This document shows positions 38,156 to 49,690 of a stretch of DNA of 64,000 nucleotides, piece after piece. Source of the DNA: Octopus bimaculoides (taxonomy: Eukaryota). The stretch spans positions 95,973,740 to 96,037,739 of the forward strand of contig NC_068988.1 of NCBI RefSeq assembly GCF_001194135.2, read 5' to 3'. The translations under genes and the position numbers were made by a program. Below the pieces are notes generated by a model, which worked only from the letters and a program-made list of their open reading frames with translations, was not told where the DNA came from and did no database searches. Every line of letters starts with the position of its first letter. The stretch's first letter is position 1.

Positions 38156-39312
38156 CGGGTTTAACAAAGGCAAACTGAAATCAGACTGAATGGAAAGTAG
38201 TGTCAATCTGAGAGATAAGGTTGACTGTCTATAGAAAATTTTAATAAATTTTGCTGCAATTCATCTTTGAAAATTTTAACATCTAATCTTTTCAATTTCT
38301 TCCATGGTTTTTAATTGTTCCCCCTCTTTACACATAAAGTACCTTTTTGAGTCAATTTGCTTTTAAATGTTACCAGTTCCAAATTGGGTGGAAATGCAAG
38401 AAAAGCGCCATGTAAAAGGATAGCACCCTTCTCACAGAGAACACCACCATTCCCTGAGAGTTTAGATGTTTGTACTCGATGCTGTTGTGACTAATTTTGA
38501 CCAAAACTCTGCAGCAACTTGATACTCCGAATAAACTTCTTGGTTATGAAATAGTTTACAGTTTCTTCCCTGAACACCATCTACTGAAGAATACAAGCTG
38601 TTTGCCATTTCTAAGCTCTGAGGCACTATTTTTAGTAGTGGTTATCGTTACTAATGCTAATCTCCTGCCTGATCTTCTCTTTTCTGTTGAGTAGAGAGAA
38701 CAGGCAGAATAATGCTCAATTGTCTAAGGAAATGAAATGGTGATTCTATCGTTGATCTGTGAGAATATCTATATGAAGGAAGGATGCTTGAATGATCCAC
38801 AAGATTACAGAAGTTAATAATCAAAAGCATTTAAGACTTACTGCAATTCTTTAATTGTAGACATTACGTTTAGTAATTTGATGTTTTGATTCTACAATAT
38901 ATATCATGAATGATGTTAGATTTTTACCGTATTTTATTGTGATAAGTTGTCTGCTGTCCAAATTCCAAAAGGTCTGAAGGTTCATGTCATTGCAGCTAAC
39001 TAAGTAACTCTAATTTTGAGGTCATGGTGTTTGCAAAAGTTATATTGCAGCCCCAACACTGCCATAATTTCCACATTTTTCTTTGACAGTTGACNNNNNN
39101 NNNNNNNNNNNNNNNNNNNNNNNNNNNNNNNNNNNNNNNNNNNNNNNNNNNNNNNNNNNNNNNNNNNNNNNNNNNNNNNNNNNNNNNNNNNNNNNNNNNN
39201 NNNNNNNNNNNNNNNNNNNNNNNNNNNNNNNNNNNNNNNNNNNNNNNNNNNNNNNNNNNNNNNNNNNNNNNNNNNNNNNNNNNNNNNNNNNNNNNNNNNN
39301 NNNNNNNNNNNN

Positions 39313-39368
<56 letters not shown>

Positions 39369-40189
39369 GTGAGAGAGAGAGAGATACACACACAATTGGA
39401 AAAACAAAACGTATTAGAAAAAAATTCTTCAGAAAAGCAAATTTGGCAAACGAATAAATTTGAATAAAAGGGGGGGGGGACAAAAAAGACAAGGACGCTC
39501 TCAACACACCAATTTCTTTGAAATGGTATGTTTGTATGAGTGAAAGATTGCTGTAGCTGAAATTATAGCTCACAGGCAGCAATGCGTTTCTTCTTTCCTT
39601 AGATATCTGAATCTTCCTCAAGAGAACAAACAGCTTCGGTATGGCATCTCATATTTCCAGAATGTGGTGCCATCACTTATTCTTGCTGACTGCTAACTTC
39701 ACCTTGTCATAACTTCAAATGCCTACTCAATTGTTGAAATTCTACACACATCACAATATTCTTCTGTCTATATATTTCATTCTCTCCAATCACACCTCTC
39801 TCTAAACAACATGTATAAACTTTTCGCAACAGAAACCTCAAGTGAGATATCAGGTTTTTAATTTCTAATTGTTTACATTTGTGTCCAAATGAAACATAGC
39901 AGATGATTGGCTGAAATGCCAGAGGGTGTTGTTTAGTTTGGTGATTAGATTGATATGGTTTTGTGCAAAAAAGCAAATCTATTATTTGGTATAAGTTATT
40001 TGGACTGAGAAGCGATGGTGATCTGGTAAACATTACTTCTTAAGAACTACAAGATACTTAGAAACGGAAAATGTGAACAGACAAATAAGGAGATCAAAAG
40101 AAAGTAATCTACTATCAGAAGGGCTGTATATGTTCTTCAGTATGAGAAGACAGGGACGTACTTAGTGAAGGGGCATTAAGGATCAAACT

Positions 40190-40221
40190 CACACACACAC
40201 ACGCACGCACGCACGCACACA

Positions 40222-40302
<81 letters not shown>
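40190..40302. repeat. (CA)n / (CACG)n microsatellite
   Basis: Seen directly. Confidence 0.95.
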
Positions 40303-40306
<4 letters not shown>

Positions 40307-40823
40307 CTGGGTTCTGTACAGTTTGTGTCTTCCAAGTTCTACTAACAAGATTTTAAACAATCAAGAGCTATAGTTGAAGACACATGCCCAAGTTTTCTCA
40401 GTCCTGACCACCAGGTGGCTGCAAAATAAACCTCTGACCCACAGAACCTTGCTTGTGTCTAGAGTTGATTTATTTATTGTTTTTTATATATTTATTTACT
40501 TTTAACCAAACTTAAAATGACAACCATTTTTCCTGCAAATTGTTATATCTGCAAATACATTCCAATCAACTGTAACGTGAACCGTTTGACCATGACTCTT
40601 CAAGATTCAGTTTTAGAAAAGGAGAGAGAGAGAGAGAGAGAAAGTGGGGGTGGATGAAAGGAACGGAAAAGGGCGTTGGCGTTAATGATTGCTGCAAGTC
40701 AAAAGTATGACAGCGCTACTTGTGCTTCCACCTCCTTTTACTGCTAATAGGTACTTCAGTTCTTACACAGTATTCTTTATCCTCTGCTGATAAGACTTGA
40801 ATAAACAGTGCTCACTGTAGTTC

Positions 40824-40902
40824 CTTTTCTTCTTCTTCTTCTTCTTCTACTACTGCTACTACTACTGCTACTACTACTACTACTACTGCTACTACTACTA
40901 CT
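40824..40902. repeat. Compound (CTT)n(CTA/CTG)n microsatellite
   Basis: Seen directly. Confidence 0.95.
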
Positions 40903-41610
40903 TTGAGGGATGTTTATACGCACTTTCGTATTGCATTCGTCGGTCAGTTGGAGTTAGAACTTTGCACCTAACGAACGCATTCGTTTGAATCCCTGGAGGG
41001 ACAGTTCTAACTTTAGTTTTCCCCTGGAATAATTTCCTGACATACATGTATAATTGACTGTTTATTTGTGTGTATATATTCAAGTGTTTTTTGTGAATAT
41101 ATACACACGTCTGTGATATTCTTGTTCCCTTAACACTAAAGCAAATAAGCAAAACAGACATCAGACAAATTATTTCTACCCTAGATTCCAACACTAAACA
41201 CATAGTTTTCAGCATCTCTTTACAGCTATGAAGTTATTAGTTGGTATGATTACTTTTTCTTATTTGTTTCCTCTTTTTTTTCTTCTTTTTGTTGCTAATT
41301 TATCAGTTTGTCGCTGTTTTTCTTTCCATTACTTCAAACTGAAGAATTTTCTGATGTTTCTTGTGTATCGATGTTACAATGAATGTGTTGCTATGTCAAC
41401 TGCAATGTTTATTTTACAAGCTATTGTATCAAACACTTTTTTCTCCTGATATTGTTATTTGGGATAAATCTATTCTACTATTTTATTTATTTATTTTCTA
41501 TTACTACCTTAATGCATGTAGATTATTAAATGTTCATAACAATTTTTTAAATAATAAAAATTATTTTATTCATATACTTTATGACTGAATTATCAAGCAA
41601 GTTTACTTTA

Positions 41611-41675
<65 letters not shown>

Positions 41676-41846
41676 NNNNNNNNNNNNNNNNNNNNNNNNN
41701 NNNNNNNNNNNNNNNNNNNNNNNNNNNNNNNNNNNNNNNNNNNNNNNNNNNNNNNNNNNNNNNNNNNNNNNNNNNNNNNNNNNNNNNNNNNNNNNNTCTC
41801 TCTCTTTCTATCTCTCTCTCTCTCTTTCTATCTCTCTCTCTCTCTT

Positions 41847-41877
<31 letters not shown>

Positions 41878-42004
41878 TGCCTGTGTGTGAACTTAAATAT
41901 AATATATACCAGAAATTCTTAAGAGTGGTGAAAACTGGAAATAGAAAGATGGAGGGTAGTAAATTCTGTTGTGAAGAAAATTTGGAAATCTTTACTCATA
42001 AGGA

Positions 42005-42170
42005 CCCAGGCATGGTTGTGTGGTTAAGAAGTCCACTTCACGGCCATATTGTTCCTGGTTCAATCTCACTACACACCACTTTGAACAAGGGTCTTCCACC
42101 ATAGCCTTGAATTCATAAACACTGAGTGAAATTTGGTGGATGGACTACAGAAGCCTGCCATGTGTGTGTT
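42005..42170 (+). mobile_element. SINE family B, degenerate 5' half
   Basis: GGCATGGTTGTGTGGTTAAGAAG...GGTTCAATCTCACT...GTGAAATTTGGTGGATGGA. Confidence 0.65.
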
Positions 42171-43164
42171 TATATTTAGTATGGTATGTGAAAACTGGTG
42201 CATTCACACTGAAACTCTCTGTAGTGTTAATGCCAAAGTACTTCAGTTTTTTTAACTGACTTACACTCTTGATGGAAATGTCCACCTTGGTTGCAGTCCA
42301 ATGAGTGAAAGTGGTGAAAAGAAGAAAAGGAAAAAAGTAAAGACTACTGTCTTTGGTGTTTGAGAAAAACTATTCACATGATTTTGTGTGATGTTTAATT
42401 GGAGCGATAGACGAGAGGTGGGTGTTTGACAAGGTACAGTGCCCCAGTTTTTTGAAGTTGAGGGTACAACCAACCAGTTTAAAAAAACAAAAAGGAAACA
42501 GGTTAAATAATGATAGAAAATCCAAAGGGAAAATGAGATTGCAGCATCTTATCATTTCGGTTTTGTAGTTGATATGTTAGCATTGAAGAGGAATGTTAAA
42601 TAATATTCCTTTTTTCATTGTATTACTGGTATTTGTTTTAAATTTATAACAATGTAAGTTGAACCAATCCTTGTAGCATTTAGCTATCAGATAACTTTTT
42701 GGTACCAAATACATGTTGGTGGTGCTAATGGTACAAATGCTAATGTTTATGCTTTTGGTACTAATGGCAAATATAGTAAATCTATTTCAAGAAGAAGAAA
42801 TTAAATTACTATTATTTACATACTTTTTATGTACATTTTACTATTTTTCCCCCCCAAAAAAAACTCCTTTTCTTCTTTTCCCAACATCTACTTCTTTTAT
42901 TCCTCTGTTTCTGCCATTTATTTGCTGCTTTTCCAGCTAAATCCCTGATGGCATGTTAAGATTGATAATGGTATAGGAACTCTATCAAGGGGGCAATTCT
43001 AAGTGTTTTAGTAGGGTTCATCTTTTTATATTGATGCAAAAAAAATGTTAAATTCCCATATTGCTACAGACATTGTTTTCTACTTAGGAGGAATAGATTA
43101 TTGTTTTTTTGCCTTACTCTAACCAGAACACAAACATCCCCCCCCCCCCNNNNNNNNNNNNNNC

Positions 43165-43374
43165 CGGCAGAATTGTTAGCAAGTTGGGCGAAATGCTTAG
43201 CAGCATTTTATCCATCTTTACGTGATGTGTTCAAATTCCTCTGAGGTTGACCTTGTCTGTCATTATTTTAGGGTCAATCAAATAAGTACCAGTTGCACAC
43301 TGGGGTTAATGTAATTGATGAGCCTCCACACCCCAAATTCTAGGCCTTGTTGCTTATAGGCGGAAGAGATTATT
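43165..43374 (+). mobile_element. SINE family A
   Basis: GGCAGAATTGTTAGC...GTTCAAATTCC...AATAAGTACCAGTTGCACACTGGGG. Confidence 0.85.
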
Positions 43375-43635
43375 ATGGAGATGAAACTCCTGATGATAAA
43401 ACGCAAAGCCAATGCTGGTGGATTTAAACCCAGGACAGTTGGATTAAACTAAACACTGGGTCACCCAATCCAGCAATCTACCGCTTCTTCTGCGAATTCT
43501 AACAGGCCTCTACTCTGTAAAGGTACCAAAAAGGAAGAAAAAAACGAAGCAAATCTACTGAAAGAGGCTTGTCTTGAAAGAGCTGTGACTTGTGAAGCAA
43601 TCACTGCACTCTTAATGAGTTGTTTGGAGAGCAAG

Positions 43636-43757
43636 CACTGAGCGTGGCCTGCTCGGCTGATGCTGAGTACAACCTGCTCAGTTGGTGCTGAGTACAACCT
43701 GCTCAGCTAGTGCTGAGTGTGTCCTCAGCAGGCACCGAATGTGACCTGATCAGCTGG
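43636..43757. repeat. Degenerate ~25-nt minisatellite (5 units) with internal CTGAG/CTCAG hairpins
   Basis: Units CACTGAGCGTGGCCTGCTCGGCTGA, TGCTGAGTACAACCTGCTCAGTTGG, TGCTGAGTACAACCTGCTCAGCTAG, TGCTGAGTGTGTCCTCAGCAGG, CACCGAATGTGACCTGATCAGCTGG. Confidence 0.8.
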
Positions 43758-43766
43758 CACTCAGCT

Positions 43767-43837
43767 TTGGAGTGCAAGTAAGCTTGGAGTGCAAGTAAGC
43801 TTGGAGTGCAAGTAAGCTTGGAGTGCAAGTAAGCTTG
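43767..43837. repeat. Perfect 17-nt tandem repeat x4 (TTGGAGTGCAAGTAAGC)
   Basis: Four identical contiguous units with no spacers. Confidence 0.97.
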
Positions 43838-44233
43838 CCATAATATTCTTTACTCATATTTATTTTATTCAAATGAATCACAGTGGTCATGAGGTGGAGA
43901 TTATTATTAGTAATATCTGTCTCTGCTTTAATACGGGATCAGCGTGTGTGTATAAGATTAACCTAATTCTACACTCTTCCACTCTTAAGCATTCTGTACA
44001 CACACACACACACACACACACACACTTTCAGGCTGACATAAATAAGCTCAGTAAAATTATAATTAAGTGCAGGCTGCTGTACTTGAGATGGTAAACCAAA
44101 AATGCATTTTAATTAATTGAAATTATAACCTTAACGAAAGAAAAAATCATACTAGTATTGACAAAAATTTATTCTTAGGCAAGAGACAGAATTCTTAATC
44201 ACCCAAAAATCAAATGAATATAAGCAAGGAGTA

Positions 44234-44354
44234 AGGCAGCGAGCGGGCAGAATCGTTAGCATACTGAGCGAAATGCTTAGTGGTATTTCGTGTGTCTTTA
44301 CGTTCTGAGTTCAAATTCCGCCGAGGTCGACTTTGCCTTTCATCCTTTCGGGGT
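44234..44354 (+). mobile_element. SINE family A (runs into gap)
   Basis: GGCAGCGAGCGGGCAGAATCGTTAGC...GAGTTCAAATTCCGCCGAGGTCGACTTTGCCTTTCATCCTTTCGGGGT. Confidence 0.9.
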
Positions 44355-45790
44355 NNNNNNNNNNNNNNNNNNNNNNNNNNNNNNNNNNNNNNNNNNNNNN
44401 NNNNNNNNNNNNNNNNNNNNNNNNNNNNNNNNNNNNNNNNNNNNNNNNNNNNNNNNNNNNNNNNNNNNNNNNNNNNNNNNNNNNNNNNNNNNNNNNNNNN
44501 NNNNNNNNNNNNNNNNNNNNNNNNNNNNNNNNNNNNNNNNNNNNNNNNNNNNNNNNNNNNNNNNNNNNNNNNNNNNNNNNNNNNNNNNNNNNNNNNNNNN
44601 NNNNNNNNNNNNNNNNNNNNNNNNNNNNNNNNNNNNNNNNNNNNNNNNNNNNNNNNNNNNNNNNNNNNNNNNNNNNNNNNNNNNNNNNNNNNNNNNNNNN
44701 NNNNNNNNNNNNNNNNNNNNNNNNNNNNNNNNNNNNNNNNNNNNNNNNNNNNNNNNNNNNNNNNNNNNNNNNNNNNNNNNNNNNNNNNNNNNNNNNNNNN
44801 NNNNNNNNNNNNNNNNNNNNNNNNNNNNNNNNNNNNNNNNNNNNNNNNNNNNNNNNNNNNNNNNNNNNNNNNNNNNNNNNNNNNNNNNNNNNNNNNNNNN
44901 NNNNNNNNNNNNNNNNNNNNNNNNNNNNNNNNNNNNNNNNNNNNNNNNNNNNNNNNNNNNNNNNNNNNNNNNNNNNNNNNNNNNNNNNNNNNNNNNNNNN
45001 NNNNNNNNNNNNNNNNNNNNNNNNNNNNNNNNNNNNNNNNNNNNNNNNNNNNNNNNNNNNNNNNNNNNNNNNNNNNNNNNNNNNNNNNNNNNNNNNNNNN
45101 NNNNNNNNNNNNNNNNNNNNNNNNNNNNNNNNNNNNNNNNNNNNNNNNNNNNNNNNNNNNNNNNNNNNNNNNNNNNNNNNNNNNNNNNNNNNNNNNNNNN
45201 NNNNNNNNNNNNNNNNNNNNNNNNNNNNNNNNNNNNNNNNNNNNNNNNNNNNNNNNNNNNNNNNNNNNNNNNNNNNNNNNNNNNNNNNNNNNNNNNNNNN
45301 NNNNNNNNNNNNNNNNNNNNNNNNNNNNNNNNNNNNNNNNNNNTATATATATGCCCTACATGATATCTCACTGGGACATATTAGTAATTATAGAATTAGG
45401 CTAAATATTTATTTTATTTTAGATGTAATTCTGTTTTCTTCAGTACAGGTTTCTCAAAGTAACATTATTTTTTCTTTCTCATTTCCAATTTATTACATTC
45501 TTTATGTGCACATTTTTTATAAATATTTTTTTTTTATTTACCTCTACAAACTCCCACCTACAATTACGAATTTCAAGTAAACTCAATGAATTAATTTGTG
45601 TATTTTACAGTTGAATACACTTCATAACATTGGCTAGTCATCTGTAAAATGCAATTTGTATAAATGTTCTTCAGCCAAATTAACTTAGCTAAGTTCAAAA
45701 AGATATGAGTGGTTCTTTCTACACCCTCAAGGCATTTGCTACCACAATGTTAAGACTTTCAACGTGAAACTTTTAGAATATATTTGTGTT

Positions 45791-46130
45791 TACTCTTTTA
45801 CTTGTTTCAGTCATTTGACTGCGGCCATGCTGGAGCACCGCCTTTAGTCAAGCAAATCAACCCCAGGACTTATTCTTTGGATGCCTAGTACTTATTGTAT
45901 CGGTCTCTTTTGCTGAACCGCTAAGTTACGGGGACTTAAACACACCACCATCAGTTGTCAAGCAATGGAGGGGGGACAAACACAGACACACACATACATA
46001 CATATATACGATGGGCTTCTTCCAGTTTCCGTCTACCAAATCCACTCACAAGGCTTTGGTTGGCCTGAGACTATAGTAGAAGACACTTGCCCAAGGTGCC
46101 ACGCAGTGTGACTGAACCCGGAACCGTGTG
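45791..46130 (-). mobile_element. SINE family B, near full length
   Basis: CTTTTACTTGTTTCAGTCATTTGACTGCGGCCATGCTGGAGCACC...GACACTTGCCCAAGGTGCCACGCAG. Confidence 0.9.
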
Positions 46131-46797
46131 TGTTTAGGAATAATTGTTTTGTTATTTATTTATTTGCTTTACTTTCAGGTTAGTCTTTGGTATTTTGACC
46201 TATTTTCATCTTATTCTCTCAATTAAGTCTCATTATTTCAAAGTCTGATTTACCATTCTTGTGTTTCTAGAATAACTAACTCAAAGGTCTTACTGACATT
46301 TTATTGTGTATTTCTTATAATAGTACGCTTAATTTTGAATTTCGTCAGCACATTTAGCTGTCTGGAATTGGTACAATCTATCCTAGAAAATCCAGAGAAG
46401 ATTTATTTATCATCTTCATCGTGCCATGAAACTGGAGCTAAGACCCGGCTTTTAAAAATTTGTAGGAAATGTTTACCATTTCATAACTGTGCAGCTACTT
46501 TGATTCTCAGAACTGATTCTTTAAGAATAATCTTTTGATGTATTCACATTTTTTTCAATTATAGTTTCTAGTATTTTTTTTTTAAATTTGTTTGTTTGGT
46601 TTAGATTCTTTTCTTGGTTTCTTATTTTATTTATTTCTTTAATGACACTGTTATACAAGCATTGTCATTCCTTTCCAATATTCCCCAAGAACATGTCTAG
46701 CCATGGCAGAAGTTTGAACTTTTCATGTCTTACTTAAGTCACATTTTGTAACCATACAATGAGTTGTATAACTCATTTTCACATTTATAAATTAGAA

Positions 46798-46860
<63 letters not shown>

Positions 46861-46900
46861 NNNNNNNNNNNNNNNNNNNNNNNNNNNNNNNNNNNNNNNN

Positions 46901-46968
<68 letters not shown>

Positions 46969-47137
46969 ACACACGCACACACACACACAGCTATTTTCAT
47001 ATGAGTTGGACAGAACTTTTGAAACTACAAGAACATTTGTGAATGTTTCCAGTGTTTTAAATTCTATATTTAAAAGATGAGGGATTATGTACATTATTTA
47101 CATTTGACGGATATTTGTCCTCATCTTGTTTGTTGTT

Positions 47138-47183
47138 AACACAACGTTTCGGCTGATATACCCTCCAGCCTTCATCAGGTGTC
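47138..47183 (-). ncRNA. Minimal type-I hammerhead ribozyme
   Basis: Minus: GACAC CUGAUGA A GGCUG GAGGGUAUAU CAGCC GAAAC GUU GUGUU. Intact CUGAUGA/GAAA core, 5-bp stem II, stem I GACAC/GUGUU, palindromic AACGUU stem III. Predicted cleavage after GUU, between 47143 and 47142. Confidence 0.8.
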
Positions 47184-47242
47184 TTGGGGAAATTTCGAAT
47201 CTGGGTTCTCATTCCTAAGGTATTTTTTGATGTTGCTATTAT

Positions 47243-47487
47243 TGATAGTATGTTGTCAACTTAATGTGACAGCCCCATGAAAGGGAAGAATGCTACTGTT
47301 ATTTAGCCCCAGGAAACACCATTTCCTGTTGGACTTGACACATTTCCTGTGTCCTTATGTTTTCAAAGTGGAGACAAGCACTCCACCCAGCAAAGCCACG
47401 CATCCAGAGACCATCACATTAAGTCAACAACATACCATCACTTTATCGTGCTGCTACTGCATAAATCTCTCTAAGAGATTTAGAAAT
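47243..47487 (+). mobile_element. Non-autonomous element with 27-bp subterminal inverted repeats and a 3' stem-loop (Helentron/HINE-like)
   Basis: IR 47243-47269 / 47414-47440 (3 mismatches). Hairpin TAAATCTCT-CTA-AGAGATTTA at 47462-47482. A homologous 3' part lies at 63018-63089. Confidence 0.6.
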
Positions 47488-47590
47488 ATGTTGTTGTTGT
47501 TGTTGTTATTATTCAGGTCACTGCTTGGAATTGAACTCGGAATCTTGGGGTTAGTAACCCGTGCTCTTAGTCACTATGCCATATGCCCGT

Positions 47591-47631
47591 TGGCGTAGTG
47601 GTTAAGAGCGCGGACTACTAACCCCAAGATT
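47591..47631 (+). mobile_element. Inverted, truncated second copy of the tRNA-like SINE head
   Basis: TGGCGTAGTGGTTAAGAGCGCGGACTACTAACCCCAAGATT has 35/41 identity to the reverse complement of 47541-47581. Confidence 0.9.
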
Positions 47632-47674
47632 GTGAATAAAAAAGAAAGCAGTTATGAATATTTTATAAATATAT

Positions 47675-47800
47675 CATCATCATCATCATCATCCTCCGTT
47701 TGTTTTACATGCTGGCATGTGCTGGACAATTTGACAGGAGTTGGTAAGGGTGGGGGCTGCAACAGGCCCCATTGTCTTTTCTGGTTTGGTTTCTACAGCT
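47675..47800 (-). mobile_element. Family C tail, degenerate
   Basis: (CAT)n CCGTTTG...CATGCTGGCATGTGCTGGAC...TTTCTACAGCT. Confidence 0.65.
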
Positions 47801-48349
47801 AGATGTGTGTGTGTGTGTGTGTGGCTTCTGCTTGAAATTATAATTATGGTGTTGGTGGTGGTAGTGGGGAACTATGAATGGATTCTCTTTACTACTTTGG
47901 AGAATTTGTATCAATAGATTTTTTTTTTTTTTTTTACTTGGCTTGGAATATTTAATACTTTCACTTCCTGTTGCTGTGGAAAAGACCTAAACTTTATTGT
48001 TTAGCGACGGGTATTAAATGTGTTGATCTTGTTTGTCAGGAAGGAACATTAATGTCAACCTGAATTAAATTATCTTCAGATATTGCTATCCTGTCTGAGA
48101 AAGACAAAAAAACTAAATTCTGGGAGGATGTAGCCCAAAGTGCTCTTTATCAAAAGAGAGCAGCCTGAAGAATGATCTGTTGTTATAATTTCATAATAAT
48201 AGACCATTACTCTTTTAGCCATTGTACTTACAATATTGCAATGATTCTGTGTATCCAGTGACAGTCACTCCCCCCCCCCATCCCCTATGATAACAGGTGC
48301 TAGCGAAAATATCAATCCCTAATCCATCTCATCAACATACACCACTTTA

Positions 48350-48730
48350 AGTCAACGAGGGAGCTGCCGTATATTTACTCAGCCTGCTAGAAATAGCTGC
48401 CAACTGTCCTACATATTCTGTTCTATCTTCTATAAGGACAAGTTGCATTGTAAGAATATGTATGATCATATGTGTTTGATCAGGGTTGACTTAGGGCTAA
48501 ACAATGATATACAAGACTTCGGTCAAGTCATTGAGAGACCTTCTATGCAGTCACTCAGCCTGCTAGAAATAGCAGACAAATATTCCTCAATTTACATCTT
48601 ACTGTCTTGAAAAAACGATATACACTGCATAATGTGATACCTGAAATAGAGAAAGGGGTGGTCGCAGCTGCACCAGTTTTCTTTATAAGTCTGTTAAATC
48701 AGGTTTGCCTTGGGCTAAAATCAACAACAA
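48350..48730 (+). mobile_element. Repeat family D, two tandem copies
   Basis: ACTCAGCCTGCTAGAAATAGC at about 48377 and 48553. Each unit ends GATCAGG.TTG.CTT.GGGCTAAA. Confidence 0.8.
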
Positions 48731-49344
48731 ATCACTGATTCAAATCGTCATTAACCCAACAATGATTGTAACCATTCTTTTAGCGTTTCTTTCAGCTCTT
48801 TGCATTCTCAATTCACAACTTTGTCGGGTTCCATCAGTGAGAACATAACCATCATTTCATTAACATCATTTCTGTATGAATTGGTCTCTTGTATTCTGGA
48901 ACTGTCTTCACCAATCCTTTAATTCCAATACCGTTCTATGATGCAATATGTTCTGTTATTTTTTCTTCACTCCCCATTTTTCAAAAAAAATTCTTTTTCT
49001 GTGATTCTAATCAACAAATTTCTTACAGATGTAACCTAACCAACAGCCATTTTGTATCCATTTTCAATCTCACATTTATGGTTTGATCTTCACCACTTCA
49101 ACTTCTGAACTCCTTTTTGTCCTTTATTTCAAATTTATTTCTAATCTATGACATGTGTATAGTTCACTTTGATAAATCTTATCAATAATTAATTAATTAA
49201 AGGATATCTAATTGCATTGTTTGAGGATCAATCAACAAAATAAATAGAAGTTATTCGAGGCATGCGAGATTTTTTTATCAATATTCTTGTTTTGCTGCTG
49301 ATAAAATGTTTCGATTTTTTTTTTTTTGTGTTTGGATGAAAGAA

Positions 49345-49690
49345 TGGGCTGTGTGATAAGAAGCTTGCATCACAACCACATGGTTCTGGGTTCAATCCCA
49401 CTGCGTGGCACTTTGGGCTAGTGTCTTCTACTACAGCCTCGGGCCAACCAAAGCTTTGTGAGTGGATTTGGTAGGCGGAAACTAAAAGAAGCCTTTCGTG
49501 TGTGTCTGTTTATTCCCCTCACCCTGTTTACATCTCCATAGCTTAGCAGTTCAGCTAAAGAAACACACAGAATAAGTACCATTCATAAAAAAAAACGTCC
49601 TCGGGTCAATTCATTCAATTAAAAATTCCTCAAAGCGGTGCCCCAGCATGGCCACAGTCTATTAACCGAAGCAAGTAAAACATACAAGAT
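49345..49690 (+). mobile_element. SINE family B, near full length
   Basis: GGCTGTGTGATAAGAAGCTTGC...GGGTTCAATCCCACTGCGTGGCAC...CCCAGCATGGCCACAGTC...GAAGCAAGTAAAA. Confidence 0.9.

Larger units (their letters stand above)
47080..47588 (-). mobile_element. tRNA(Arg-like)-headed SINE with hammerhead-bearing Penelope-like 3' tail, interrupted by an insertion at ~47243-47487
   Basis: Minus head GGGCATATGGCATAGTGACTAAGAGCACGGGTTACTAACCCCAAGATTCCGAGTTCAATTCCAAGCAGTGACCTG has A- and B-box-like motifs and resembles tRNA-Arg(ACG). It is followed by an (AAT/AAC)n linker and then a body (47242-47080) that contains the hammerhead. Confidence 0.8.

Noticed and set aside
39603-39638. 36-nt plus-strand exon candidate (TTCCTTAG|…|GTATGG)
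   Set aside because: Splice sites alone in 64 kb are expected by chance, and there is no recognisable peptide or linked exon.
43636-43837. CRISPR-like array
   Set aside because: The repeats are contiguous with no unique spacers, the context is eukaryotic, and there are no cas genes.
47515-47588. Functional tRNA gene
   Set aside because: The acceptor stem does not pair cleanly, the anticodon-like loop is altered, and the sequence continues into a SINE body.
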